Below are positions 21,730-30,322 of a DNA stretch of 64,000 nucleotides, piece by piece. Origin of the DNA: a virus. The notes beneath the pieces are model-generated. The model saw nothing but the letters and a program-made list of their open reading frames with translations, was not told the DNA's origin and made no database searches. The translations under genes and the position numbers were made by a program. Position 1 is the stretch's first letter, and each line of letters opens with the position of its first letter. Location: IMG/VR virus record IMGVR_UViG_3300050014_000899; one strand, 5' to 3'.

Positions 21730-22018
21730 ATTTTATATATCTCCGCATAGCGTCTAAATTTTTTATTTTCAAATTTAACGAATTAATTGAGATATTTTTC
21801 GTATATTTGTCTATAATAATTATGAACGACTTTTTAAAATCTGGCTTTAATCTAAAGAAAACTTCAGGAAGAACCTTTCTAACTGATAAGAGAACTGTTT
21901 GTATCAAACATCAGGATGGTCATGTAACTGAACATCGAGGAATTAGTGATCCGTGGAGATATATTGCTAAAGTCAAAAAAGAAATGGGCGTACAAGACGC
22001 CTGGATAAAAGACGAATA

Positions 22019-22621
22019 ATGAATTTCACAAGAGGCGGCGACGTCAAAGAAACCCTAGGTATTGGTCGAGATGCAATTCTAAAAGAAATTGGGGGAGTTG
22101 TAATAAATGATAAGGGTCAAATTGAAAGATGGAGAACCACTGAGAAATGGGATGCTACGGGGTTACTTTCTGGATTGGAAGATTTGGAAAAGGAGGAGAA
22201 AGAACTTGCAGAAAATGATTTTAGAAAGAAAAATGTCATAATTGGAGTTAGTGATGGGACTTTTACTATCCTACGAAACCGAATAAAATATGATGGCCCA
22301 GATAAAGGAGATGAAAAAGATCTAATTACAGTTCTTCTTGATTTACGAGATTGTTTTCGTAAATGGGGAATTGATAATGGTTTCTTTCCCTTCGCTAAAA
22401 AGGTAGCTGCTACAACTATTGGATTGGATCTTGTGTCGGTGGTCCCCATGTCTGCTCCATCAGGTCAATTGGCATATTTAGATTATGAATACGGCAAAAA
22501 GACTCTAGCAAAAAGAGTTAAGAAAATTTTCAAAAATATTTATTGGTTTTTCTACGTAAAAACAAGAAAATTTTACTATTTGTACTTGAATAAATACATC
22601 AATAAAAACAAACAAAAATAA
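22019..22621 (+). CDS. protein carrying a major-capsid (Gol-region) fragment
   Basis: FFPFAKKVAATTIGLDLVSVVPMSAPSGQLAYLDYEY aligns with the MCP at 62822. Confidence 0.75.
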   Translation: MNFTRGGDVKETLGIGRDAILKEIGGVVINDKGQIERWRTTEKWDATGLLSGLEDLEKEEKELAENDFRKKNVIIGVSDGTFTILRNRIKYDGPDKGDEKDLITVLLDLRDCFRKWGIDNGFFPFAKKVAATTIGLDLVSVVPMSAPSGQLAYLDYEYGKKTLAKRVKKIFKNIYWFFYVKTRKFYYLYLNKYINKNKQK

Positions 22622-22651
22622 CTAATTCAAAAGTAAATTTTTTACACATTA

Positions 22652-23821
22652 ATGGAAGAAAAAGATTCCTCTAAAGAGAGGCAGACTCAACAGCTAGAGC
22701 AAGTTGATTCTACCGAACCTCCCCTCGTCTGCTCTAACCAATCTCAGGTATTCAAAAACAAATTTTATCCTAATGCAACCCAACAAGAATGGGGTGACTG
22801 GAAATGGCAAATCAGAAATAGCATTACCAGCTATGAAGAATTAGCCAGAATTTTCGGTTCATCTGATTGCGAAGTTTCGGAAGATATAAATTTGCCTCTC
22901 AGAATTACTCCTTATTACGCCAGTACTATCAAGGATCCAAAAGGTCCGATTGGAAGATGCGTGATTCCCTCAAGCAATGAACTTATTGTAACAGAAAATG
23001 AAGAAAATGATTCTTTGCATGAAGAACAATACAGTCCTGTTCCGAATATCGTTCATCGTTATCCAGACCGTGTTCTATTCTTGACGACTGATTTTTGTTC
23101 ATCCTACTGTCGTTATTGTACCCGATCTCACATGGTTTCTCATCAGGAGATAACCAAAAAATTATGGGATAAGGGTATCGACTATATTCGCCAACATCCA
23201 GAAGTAAGAGACGTTCTCTTATCTGGTGGGGATTTTTTAACAATGAGTGATGAATCTATTGAGTACTTATTGAAGAATATCAGAGCTATTGAACACGTGG
23301 AATTCTTACGTATTGGAACTAAAGTTCCGGTTGTACTTCCACAAAGAATAACTCCAGAACTCGTCAACATGCTCAAAAAATACCATCCATTGTTTATGAG
23401 TATTCACTTTTCTCATCCGGATGAATTAACTCCAGAAGTAAAAGAAGCTTGTGAAAGACTTGCCGATGCAGGTATCCCATTAGGGTCCCAAACTGTCTTG
23501 CTGAAGGGTGTTAACGATGATGTAGCGACCATGAAAAGTCTTATGCATGGTTTACTTAAGATCAGAGTTCGACCTTATTATATCTATGCGTGCGACCTCG
23601 TACCGGGAACTTCCCATTTTAGAACTACAATCAATACTGGGCTTCAAATTATCCAGGGATTAAGAGGTTGGACAAGTGGTTATGCAGTTCCGCAATTTGT
23701 TATAGATGCTCCTGGCGGAGGTGGAAAAATTCCATTACTTCCAGAGTATTTCTTGGGTATGGATGGAAACAAAGTAAGACTTCGTAACTACGAAGGAAAA
23801 GAGTTTATCTATACGGAATAA
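22652..23821 (+). CDS. kamA: KamA-family radical SAM aminomutase (lysine 2,3-aminomutase-like)
   Basis: HRYPDRVL, CSSYCRYCTR, LLSGGD, QTVLLKGVND, DAPGGGGKIP. Confidence 0.93.
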   Translation: MEEKDSSKERQTQQLEQVDSTEPPLVCSNQSQVFKNKFYPNATQQEWGDWKWQIRNSITSYEELARIFGSSDCEVSEDINLPLRITPYYASTIKDPKGPIGRCVIPSSNELIVTENEENDSLHEEQYSPVPNIVHRYPDRVLFLTTDFCSSYCRYCTRSHMVSHQEITKKLWDKGIDYIRQHPEVRDVLLSGGDFLTMSDESIEYLLKNIRAIEHVEFLRIGTKVPVVLPQRITPELVNMLKKYHPLFMSIHFSHPDELTPEVKEACERLADAGIPLGSQTVLLKGVNDDVATMKSLMHGLLKIRVRPYYIYACDLVPGTSHFRTTINTGLQIIQGLRGWTSGYAVPQFVIDAPGGGGKIPLLPEYFLGMDGNKVRLRNYEGKEFIYTE

Positions 23822-23892
23822 CCTGTTAAAATATTGTTAAAAAAGATCCCAAATTATTTCATAGTTTGGGATTTTTTATGTACTTTTACTTT

Positions 23893-24246
23893 ATGAACTT
23901 TCAAAGAATAGATAACGATCCATTAAGAACCCTCGACATAGGGAAAAGAGCTCTTAAAAAACAAAAGATTCAGAGTCTTATGTATAAAGAGGGATTTGTA
24001 ACCCAAGGACAATTATGGATGGGCATGGGAAATATTATAGATCTCATCAAAGAAACTAAAGATGGTGAATATATTGAGATTTTTAAAGAAGATTTCTTAC
24101 AATATTTTGCTATTCCAGTTAGAAAGGGTGAAAAATGGAGATGGGAACAATTATATGAAATCATACCCCAATTTCCGAATAAAGGGGTTTTTAAAGTTCA
24201 TTCTAACGTAATGGAAATTGTTGCAGCTTTTGCAAAACTTTCATAA
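23893..24246 (+). CDS. hypothetical protein, FxR..DP..xIG family
   Basis: MNFQRIDNDPLRTLDIG. Confidence 0.65.
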   Translation: MNFQRIDNDPLRTLDIGKRALKKQKIQSLMYKEGFVTQGQLWMGMGNIIDLIKETKDGEYIEIFKEDFLQYFAIPVRKGEKWRWEQLYEIIPQFPNKGVFKVHSNVMEIVAAFAKLS

Positions 24247-24333
24247 TCCCGTTAAAATATTGTTAAAAAAGTCCTGAATTATTTTTTAGTTTGGGATATT
24301 TGTCGTACATTTACCGTATAAACCACAACCACT

Positions 24334-24849
24334 ATGGAACTTATTATCGACAGACTCAAAAAAATCAAAGAATTAGCTGAACGTGGAGTAGAAGGTGAAG
24401 CCGCTGAAGCTAAAAGAAAACTGGCAATTCTGTTGATGAAATACGGATTGAAAATTGAAGATCTTGAAGATGTTAAAGTATATCAATACAAATTCAAATA
24501 TATTACCATTCAGGAAAGACAGATAATTCTTCAGTGTATTGCTCAGGTAACTGATGATCCTGAACTTACATATTCACATTATAAAGACAAAAAGAAAGAA
24601 TTCTTTGTTAAATTAACGGAATGGCAATATGCGGAAGCAAAAGCCATGATCGATTTCCATATCAAGTTATTCAGAAAAGAACTCAAAGCTCAGTTGGCTG
24701 CTTTAACCAGTGCATATTGTGCAAAGCATTCTTTATTTGCAGCTAGTGCAAAAAGTGGCGGATCAAAATTAACCCCCGAAGAATTAGCTCGTTTATTGGC
24801 AATCTATTCTGCTTTGGATGATAAAATTTTCAGAAAACAATTAGCATAA
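24334..24849 (+). CDS. DUF2786-like protein
   Basis: RLKKIKELAERGVEGEAAEA..LLMKYGL. Confidence 0.7.
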   Translation: MELIIDRLKKIKELAERGVEGEAAEAKRKLAILLMKYGLKIEDLEDVKVYQYKFKYITIQERQIILQCIAQVTDDPELTYSHYKDKKKEFFVKLTEWQYAEAKAMIDFHIKLFRKELKAQLAALTSAYCAKHSLFAASAKSGGSKLTPEELARLLAIYSALDDKIFRKQLA

Positions 24850-25382
24850 TGTTCTCCAGAGAAATGACCCCAATGACTCTTGGCATCGGAATTGAAGCCA
24901 AGATACAAGCAAGAATGGAAGGAATGGGTAAACTCAGAAAGGGGTTACCGGATTCTATTGTATGGTCAATTCGTCATAATGAACGTGGGTTTTTTGAATA
25001 TTTTTTAGCTCAGGAAGGAGCAATTGAAAAATGTTTGGAAAATTCAGATATTTCAAAAGAGATAGTTCATAAAAATGCTCATTGGGCTTTAAAGAGTATT
25101 GTGGAAAAATCCCCGGATAAAGCATCTATGAAAATTTTACCTAAAGTCATTGTTAGAAATAACGGTAATATGCTTCAGCTTCTTTTAGAAAAATGGGGAG
25201 AATACTATAAGACCATGCAAGATTTCAAAAAGAGGTTATTTATGGCACTGTCTAATATGGATGGAACCAAAAAACTAAAACCGCCGACGATTAAGTCTTT
25301 GGAATACTTTTTTACTCTTGAAGAAATAGACGATATTCTGATCAAAAGAGGGCAGGCTCATGTAATAATTAACCTATCATGA
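24849..25382 (+). CDS. hypothetical protein, FxR..P..xIG family
   Basis: MFSREMTPMTLGIG. Confidence 0.6.
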   Translation: MFSREMTPMTLGIGIEAKIQARMEGMGKLRKGLPDSIVWSIRHNERGFFEYFLAQEGAIEKCLENSDISKEIVHKNAHWALKSIVEKSPDKASMKILPKVIVRNNGNMLQLLLEKWGEYYKTMQDFKKRLFMALSNMDGTKKLKPPTIKSLEYFFTLEEIDDILIKRGQAHVIINLS

Positions 25383-25720
25383 ACTTTGAAAGAACAAATA
25401 ATCCTTTAAAATCTCTTGATATTGGAAAAGATAGAATGCTCAAAATTGGGGATTCTTTTACGGTTCATATCGGAGATATGAAAGTTCCAGTTGTTGCTAC
25501 TTCTGATGAAACCAGAAATAAGCATTTCTATATGGAGAAAACCGATTGTTTTGGTCAAAAAGAATATACCGGATATGAGGTTCGACAGGTGGGGTACAAT
25601 GGATCTTTATACATCGGAATTGCAGAATGGAGAGAAAATTGTGAACACCCCAAATGGGAACATACAGATCATCCAGAAGATTTTCGAAAAATAAATCCAG
25701 AAGATGGAAGTTATATGTAG
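25379..25720 (+). CDS. hypothetical protein, FxR..NP..xIG family
   Basis: MNFERTNNPLKSLDIG. Confidence 0.65.
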   Translation: MNFERTNNPLKSLDIGKDRMLKIGDSFTVHIGDMKVPVVATSDETRNKHFYMEKTDCFGQKEYTGYEVRQVGYNGSLYIGIAEWRENCEHPKWEHTDHPEDFRKINPEDGSYM

Positions 25721-26075
25721 ATTTGAACGTAGAGCTGATCCGATTAAAACATTAGATATTGGTAATGCTAGGATTCTTCGAAAAGGAGATATGTTTGAGG
25801 TTACCCTTCCCTATTTACTTTGTGATTGTGATTGTGATGGGCAAGGGTATACTCATAGATGCATTGCAGTCAAGGATGAAAAAACAATGATTCTGATGAA
25901 TATAGGAAAGTATAAAATTCCTCAATTGGTGACTTCCGAAAACAGGGACAGAATTAAAGATTATACTGAACGTAGGGAAATAGAATTTTATCTTCTTAAT
26001 GTTGGATATGGAACAGCATATTTTGATGAAAAATTGAATATTTGGAAAATCGAAGAAAATGAATCGATAAGATGA
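25704..26075 (+). CDS. hypothetical protein, FxR..DP..xIG family
   Basis: RFERRADPIKTLDIG. Confidence 0.65.
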   Translation: MEVICRFERRADPIKTLDIGNARILRKGDMFEVTLPYLLCDCDCDGQGYTHRCIAVKDEKTMILMNIGKYKIPQLVTSENRDRIKDYTERREIEFYLLNVGYGTAYFDEKLNIWKIEENESIR

Positions 26076-26253
26076 ACCTTTAACGAACTTTTAACGTTTA
26101 AAATTTTTTTACTAAGAAAACTTTTCGTATAATTGCACTATTAAACATAATCTGCTTGTGTCTTTGTGAGCAAGGAATCAATGATTACCGGTCTGGATTT
26201 TAAATTCAGCGGCGGGAACTAACAGCAAGCAGATTTCTTTTTATTTTTGTTTA

Positions 26254-26805
26254 ATGGAAAATTTAATTTATGGTCTTTATTGTCCTATAAGAAAAAAACC
26301 AGTTTATGTTGGTCAAACTACTAAAGGAATTGATAGACCCTTTCAACATATAAAAGAACGATCTCATAGTAAAAAAGTTAATGAGTGGGTTCATGAATTA
26401 AAGAAGGATGGATTAACTCCAATAATAGTAATTTTGGAGACTTTTGAAGATTCTTCATTGTTGGATGATAAAGAAAGATTTTGGGTTCAGAAATTTTTAA
26501 ACGAAGGCGAATTACTTTTAAATCAACAATTAGTATCCCCTTTAATTTTAACAGTAGCTGAATTTTCAGAACAGAGGGAAACAACATTTAAAGATGAATT
26601 AGCTTTATTTGTTAAGGGAAGGAGAAAAATTTTAAATTTAACTCAGCAAAGATTTTGTGAAAAGACTGGGATTGGATTAAGATTTCTTCGAAGTGTTGAG
26701 CAAGGAAAATTCAAAAAAGATAATTTTAGTACGAAATCAATTGAAACTGTACTTTATTATTTAGGAGCAAGATTAACTATAGGACCTTATAAAAAAGAAG
26801 AATGA
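26254..26805 (+). CDS. GIY-YIG-like domain fused to XRE-type HTH
   Basis: LIYGLYCP..YVGQT and LTQQRFCEKTGIGLRFLRSVEQG; paralog at 45944. Confidence 0.8.
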   Translation: MENLIYGLYCPIRKKPVYVGQTTKGIDRPFQHIKERSHSKKVNEWVHELKKDGLTPIIVILETFEDSSLLDDKERFWVQKFLNEGELLLNQQLVSPLILTVAEFSEQRETTFKDELALFVKGRRKILNLTQQRFCEKTGIGLRFLRSVEQGKFKKDNFSTKSIETVLYYLGARLTIGPYKKEE

Positions 26806-27410
26806 AATTATTTCTCTTAAAAAGAAAATTCGATGGATTTGATCACTGGGATGTTACAATGGGTCTCGTGGTCGCTGCAGATAATGAAAATGATGCTTGG
26901 GAAGTTAATGGAGCAATCAATTTCAATCTTGACCGTCAAGAGGTAGAAATAACAGAATTAGGGGGAGCAAACCCAAACATTGAAAGAGGAATTATTTTGG
27001 AAGATTATAAAAGCTAAATAAGATGTTAACAGAAAAAAATACCGTACTTTTACCTCTTGAAGATTATAATGATCTTAGAGATTTTAAACAGAATCTTGAA
27101 AAAAATAATTCTGCTCGAATTACAGGAGGCAGATACAGTGGTGGAAACTCTTACACTTTTGTGTCTACAGAAGAAACGGTAAAATTGGCTACAAAATTTA
27201 ATGATGAGCTGATTAAGGAAAATAATGAATTAAGATCTAAAGTTTCAGAATTGCAAACTTTGAAGGATCTTCCAAAACCGGCACCAGTACCGTTAAACAC
27301 ATACCAACTTAATGAACTCAAAAATATGACAATTTGGGAGTTCAGAAAATGGAAAAAACAAAAATAAAAATAATTTTACATTAAGTTAAAACTTTTCGGG
27401 AAAATCCCGT

Positions 27411-27420
27411 AATATATAGA
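27411..27420 (+). promoter_or_regulatory. putative phage (late-type) promoter for tRNA operon 1
   Basis: AATATATAGA, same ATATATA core seen before the HE genes and the prohead protease. Confidence 0.55.
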
Positions 27421-27443
27421 GAAACTAATAAATACTACAGCAA

Positions 27444-27548
27444 ATGACAAGGCGTGCAAATATGGATAATTTCGTGGATTGGGGCTTTAATAGAGCAGCC
27501 AATAAAGACGGAGGTTATGGATGCCCGCTAAGGTGGAGAGGTATTTAA
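27444..27548 (+). CDS. attenuator leader peptide of tRNA operon 1 (MTRRANMDNFVDWGFNRAANKDGGYGCPLRWRGI)
   Basis: 34-codon ORF between promoter and terminator; codons 3-24 match downstream anticodons; contains antiterminator GGATGCCCGCT (27519-27529). Confidence 0.8.
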   Translation: MTRRANMDNFVDWGFNRAANKDGGYGCPLRWRGI

Positions 27549-27575
27549 CGAGGTAGTTAAAAAAATCTTTATATT

Positions 27576-27608
27576 AAGCGGGATCCCAACAGGTCCCGCT
27601 TTTCTTTT
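27576..27608 (+). terminator. attenuator terminator upstream of tRNA operon 1
   Basis: AAGCGGGATC-CCAACA-GGTCCCGCTT followed by TTCTTTT. Confidence 0.9.
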
Positions 27609-27675
27609 GATTAAAATTATGGAGCTTAAGCTAATCTAGTGAAAGCACTAACTCATCTAAATTTCTCTACTTTAT

Positions 27676-27762
27676 GGTCTCAGGAGCTGCTAGGCGTGGC
27701 TGCCGGACTGTCACTCCGGAACAGGTAAAACTGACAGGTGGGTTCGAATCCCATTGAGACCG
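27676..27762 (+). tRNA. tRNA-Asp(GTC) with long variable arm
   Basis: GGTCTCA/TGAGACC acceptor, CCGGA-CTGTCAC-TCCGG, TTCGAAT T-loop. Confidence 0.85.
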
Positions 27763-27817
27763 CAACAAATATGCTCGGTAAAGCCTCTTATGATAAATAA
27801 CGTAACTGAGTACTTAT

Positions 27818-27894
27818 AGGGGTGTAGTTCAAGTGGTAGAATAGTGGTCTCCAAAACCAAAGGTTTGCGGGTTCGAGTCCTGCCACCCCTGCCA
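27818..27894 (+). tRNA. tRNA-Trp(CCA)
   Basis: AGGGGTG/CACCCCT acceptor, loop CTCCAAA, encoded CCA. Confidence 0.93.
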
Positions 27895-27984
27895 GAGATT
27901 TAGTATATGTGAAGACTTGAAGGACTTTGGCCCTTGATTTTAGAGCTTACATACTTTCATGCCAATGAAGGAACTAAATCACAA

Positions 27985-28058
27985 GGGGAATTAGCTCAGT
28001 TGGCTAGAGCACCTGCCCTGCAAGCAGGGGGTCACGAGTTCGACTCTCGTATTCTCCA
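27985..28058 (+). tRNA. tRNA-Ala(TGC), C33 variant
   Basis: G3-U70; CCTGC-CCTGCAA-GCAGG. Confidence 0.92.
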
Positions 28059-28189
28059 CTCGAGGATGTTCGGCATCATTCAACTCATTCCAAGAAGGTG
28101 TCAAGTAACGAATGTCTAAGTTAAGTCACAGCGGCCGTACCTATAACGGTCAAAATTTCATGCTCGGGCTTTTTTCCGGTTCGTTACTT
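28059..28189 (+). ncRNA. structured RNA containing a 23S rRNA helix 69 mimic
   Basis: GCGGCCGTACCTATAACGGTC at 28131-28151. Confidence 0.65.
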
Positions 28190-28192
28190 TAT

Positions 28193-28265
28193 GCGCTTTT
28201 AGCTCAGATGGTAGAGTAGGTGCCTCTTAAGCATCGGGTCCAGGGTTCGATCCCCTGAAGGCGCA
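28193..28265 (+). tRNA. tRNA-Lys(CTT)
   Basis: Cloverleaf with loop CTCTTAA. Confidence 0.92.
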
Positions 28266-28350
28266 CAAATGAAAGTGAACGGCGCGTCTACCGTTTAATG
28301 ATTACCGACAAGTTGAAAAAGTCTTGGGCTATAACAGCTTTCATTTATTT

Positions 28351-28426
28351 GGGACGTAGGTCAAACGGTTAAGATGTCGGCCTGTCACGCCGTACGGAGC
28401 GGGTTCAACTCCCGTACGTCCCGCCA
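28351..28426 (+). tRNA. tRNA-Asp(GTC)
   Basis: Cloverleaf, loop CTGTCAC, G73-CCA. Confidence 0.93.
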
Positions 28427-28528
28427 ATATGTAGTAAGAAAAGGGTTACATCGGTTATGATTGGTTCGATTCCAATTTTACCCTGCGAAAGCTCGGGTGA
28501 ATTAAAGCTCTTTTCAATTTTCTCATAT
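28427..28528 (+). ncRNA. Y-RNA-like (YrlA-like) RNA with T-arm and closed acceptor cargo
   Basis: ATATG-TAGTAA..TTACATCG..ATTGG-TTCGATT-CCAAT..AATTTTCT-CATAT. Confidence 0.72.
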
Positions 28529-28534
28529 CGTTTT

Positions 28535-28608
28535 GTCGATAATAGTTTAATGGTAGAATATCCAGCGGTAAAACGAGGGAAGGAACCGGTTCGATTCCGG
28601 CTAAGACT
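28535..28608 (+). ncRNA. degenerate tRNA-like element
   Basis: D-arm and T-arm present; anticodon arm and acceptor are aberrant. Confidence 0.45.
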
Positions 28609-28611
28609 CCT

Positions 28612-28761
28612 GGGAGTATAGCTCAATGGTAGAGCAATTGGCTGTCTACAGACAGAAGTGTCTGAATAAAAACTTTAGGTGAAGTCTTATGAAGTTAAAG
28701 GAATCAAAATCCTCTTCATCTGCTAACCAATAGGTTCTGGGTTCGAGTCCCTGTGCCCCCG
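28612..28761 (+). tRNA. tRNA-Asn(GTT) interrupted by a 78-nt anticodon insertion
   Basis: ATTGG-CTGT[28646-28723]TAA-CCAAT; G73. Confidence 0.75.
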
Positions 28762-28828
28762 CTAATAACTAATAAGCAAAAAGATAAAAGTTCGAAACTT
28801 TTTCTGAATATATAGTAAAAGATATATT

Positions 28829-29548
28829 ATGAAGAGTTGCGAAAATTGTCAAAAAGAGCATGAAGGAACTTATGGTTCTGGAAGATTTTGTTCAGCTGAA
28901 TGTGCTAGGGGATTTAGCACAAAAGAAAAACGTTCTTTGATAAATGAAAAAATAAGCAAAAAAATGAAAGGATCGGGACATTCTGATATAAAAATAATTT
29001 GTCCTATATGCCAAACAGAATTTGAAGTTTCATGGAATAAAAGAAATCAAAAATTTTGTTCACGAAATTGTTCAATGAGATTTTCTAATTCTCAACCAGA
29101 AAATATAAAAAATTTATCTTTAAAAAGAATCAACAAAATACTTAAAGGACAAGTAAATGATTATGGTATAAAGATGATATATAAATTCAAAAATAAGGAT
29201 ATTAAATGCGATTCAAAAATAGAATTTGCTTGTTTAAATTTTTTTGAAACTAAAGAGGCATCAGAGATGGAAAGATGCAATCTAATTATTGAATATAAGG
29301 ATAAAGATAAAATAAGAAGATTTAATCCGGATTTTAAAATAAAAATAGATAATAATATTTATATTGTTGAAGTTAAGAGTTATATGAGTATTAAATCTAT
29401 AAATGAAAAATGGCGAAATTATAATGAATTATCTAAATTGAAAAAAGAAGCTTTAATAAATTTTTGTCAATTAAATAACTATATTCCCTTTTGGTTTACA
29501 AAAGATTTAAACAGAAATTTTTATAATAATGTTTCGGTCGTACTATAA
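28829..29548 (+). CDS. putative homing endonuclease (Zn fingers plus PD-(D/E)xK)
   Basis: CENC..GSGRFCS, FNPDF..IVEVKS; ATATATA promoter. Confidence 0.8.
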   Translation: MKSCENCQKEHEGTYGSGRFCSAECARGFSTKEKRSLINEKISKKMKGSGHSDIKIICPICQTEFEVSWNKRNQKFCSRNCSMRFSNSQPENIKNLSLKRINKILKGQVNDYGIKMIYKFKNKDIKCDSKIEFACLNFFETKEASEMERCNLIIEYKDKDKIRRFNPDFKIKIDNNIYIVEVKSYMSIKSINEKWRNYNELSKLKKEALINFCQLNNYIPFWFTKDLNRNFYNNVSVVL

Positions 29549-29606
29549 TTGGTCAGACTGCACTCTGTTAAAGTGAATAATGTAGGTTCGAATCCTACCC
29601 GAAACG
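29531..29606 (+). tRNA. tRNA-Asn(GTT), atypical D-arm
   Basis: GTTTCGG/CCGAAAC acceptor, CACT-CTGTTAA-AGTG, T-arm. Confidence 0.75.
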
Positions 29607-29680
29607 CCGCGCCGCCCAAAGGACGGATGCCCTGGTCACACAAAACCGTATTTGTGCAACTCACCTACGGGGTGAGTATT

Positions 29681-29917
29681 GCCCTGGTAGTTTAACTGGA
29701 GGAGGAACATGAAGTTATTAAATGCTCTCAACACTCAGCGCTGAGATGTTGGTCAAAGAGACATCAGACCTGATAAAAAAGTTAGGGAGGTGCAAAGGCA
29801 TTTATTAAAGAATGGTGGAATAGCTTGCCATCCAAATTTAATTTATGCTGGTAATAGACATTCCGAGAATTCTGGATTCGTTCAGAGGTGTGGGTTCGAT
29901 TCCCGCTGGGGGTTCCA
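29681..29917 (+). ncRNA. tRNA-like RNA with a ~165-nt structured insert replacing the anticodon loop
   Basis: GCCCTGG plus D-arm at the 5' end; TGAA/TTCA stem; T-arm plus TGGGGGT-T-CCA at the 3' end. Confidence 0.6.
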
Positions 29918-29925
29918 ATTTTAAA

Positions 29926-29998
29926 GTTCTTTTAGCTCAGTTGGAAGAGCGCTTCCGTGACATGGAAGAGGCCGTAGATTCGAGTTCTACAAGGAACA
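29926..29998 (+). tRNA. tRNA-Val(GAC)
   Basis: CTTCC-GTGACAT-GGAAG. Confidence 0.9.
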
Positions 29999-30003
29999 CA
30001 AAC

Positions 30004-30079
30004 AGCGACATAGCTCAGTGTGAGAGCGCTCCCGTTCATAGGGAGAGGTGCGGAGGTTCAATTCCTTCTGTCGCTACCA
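30004..30079 (+). tRNA. Met-scaffold tRNA with loop GTTCATA (formal anticodon TCA, or off-centre CAT)
   Basis: AGCGACA/TGTCGCT-A-CCA; CTCCC-GTTCATA-GGGAG. Confidence 0.65.
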
Positions 30080-30080
30080 A

Positions 30081-30182
30081 GGGAGTATAAGCTGTTAGAT
30101 GCATAAACAGCCATACGGGAGAACGGCGAATTTGGTGCTAAGACCATCATCCGCTGAGAGGGTTCGAATCCCTTTACTTCCA
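30081..30182 (+). ncRNA. tRNA-like RNA with expanded D and anticodon domains
   Basis: GGGAGTA/TACTTCC acceptor and a canonical T-arm. Confidence 0.55.
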
Positions 30183-30247
30183 CGAAATTCACTGTGAAGG
30201 TGAAATTTAATTTTCTTTCCAAAAGTTCGAACATAAGAAAGAAGATT

Positions 30248-30322
30248 TGCGATATAGAGCAGTGTTAGCTCGCTCCCGGGAAAAGGGAGAGGTCGGAGGT
30301 TCAATTCCTTCTGTCGCGACCA
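30248..30322 (+). tRNA. tRNA with GAA (Phe) anticodon on the same scaffold as 30004
   Basis: CTCCC-GGGAAAA-GGGAG; T-arm identical to 30004; CCA end. Confidence 0.65.

Noticed and set aside
28131-28168. rRNA gene or host contamination
   Set aside because: The similarity is limited to about 21-35 nt inside a phage tRNA cluster, so it is treated as a mimic.
28646-28723. Group I intron or pistol/hammerhead ribozyme in tRNA-Asn
   Set aside because: Only 78 nt with no P7 core. The pistol-like P1/AAA/pseudoknot resemblance lacks a P2 pairing, and there is no CUGANGA core.
29681-29917. tmRNA
   Set aside because: No G3-U70 Ala acceptor or GGGG 5' end, U73 discriminator, and no recognisable tag peptide.
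30004-30079. Selenocysteine tRNA
   Set aside because: It lacks the long variable arm, extended acceptor and G73 of tRNA-Sec.
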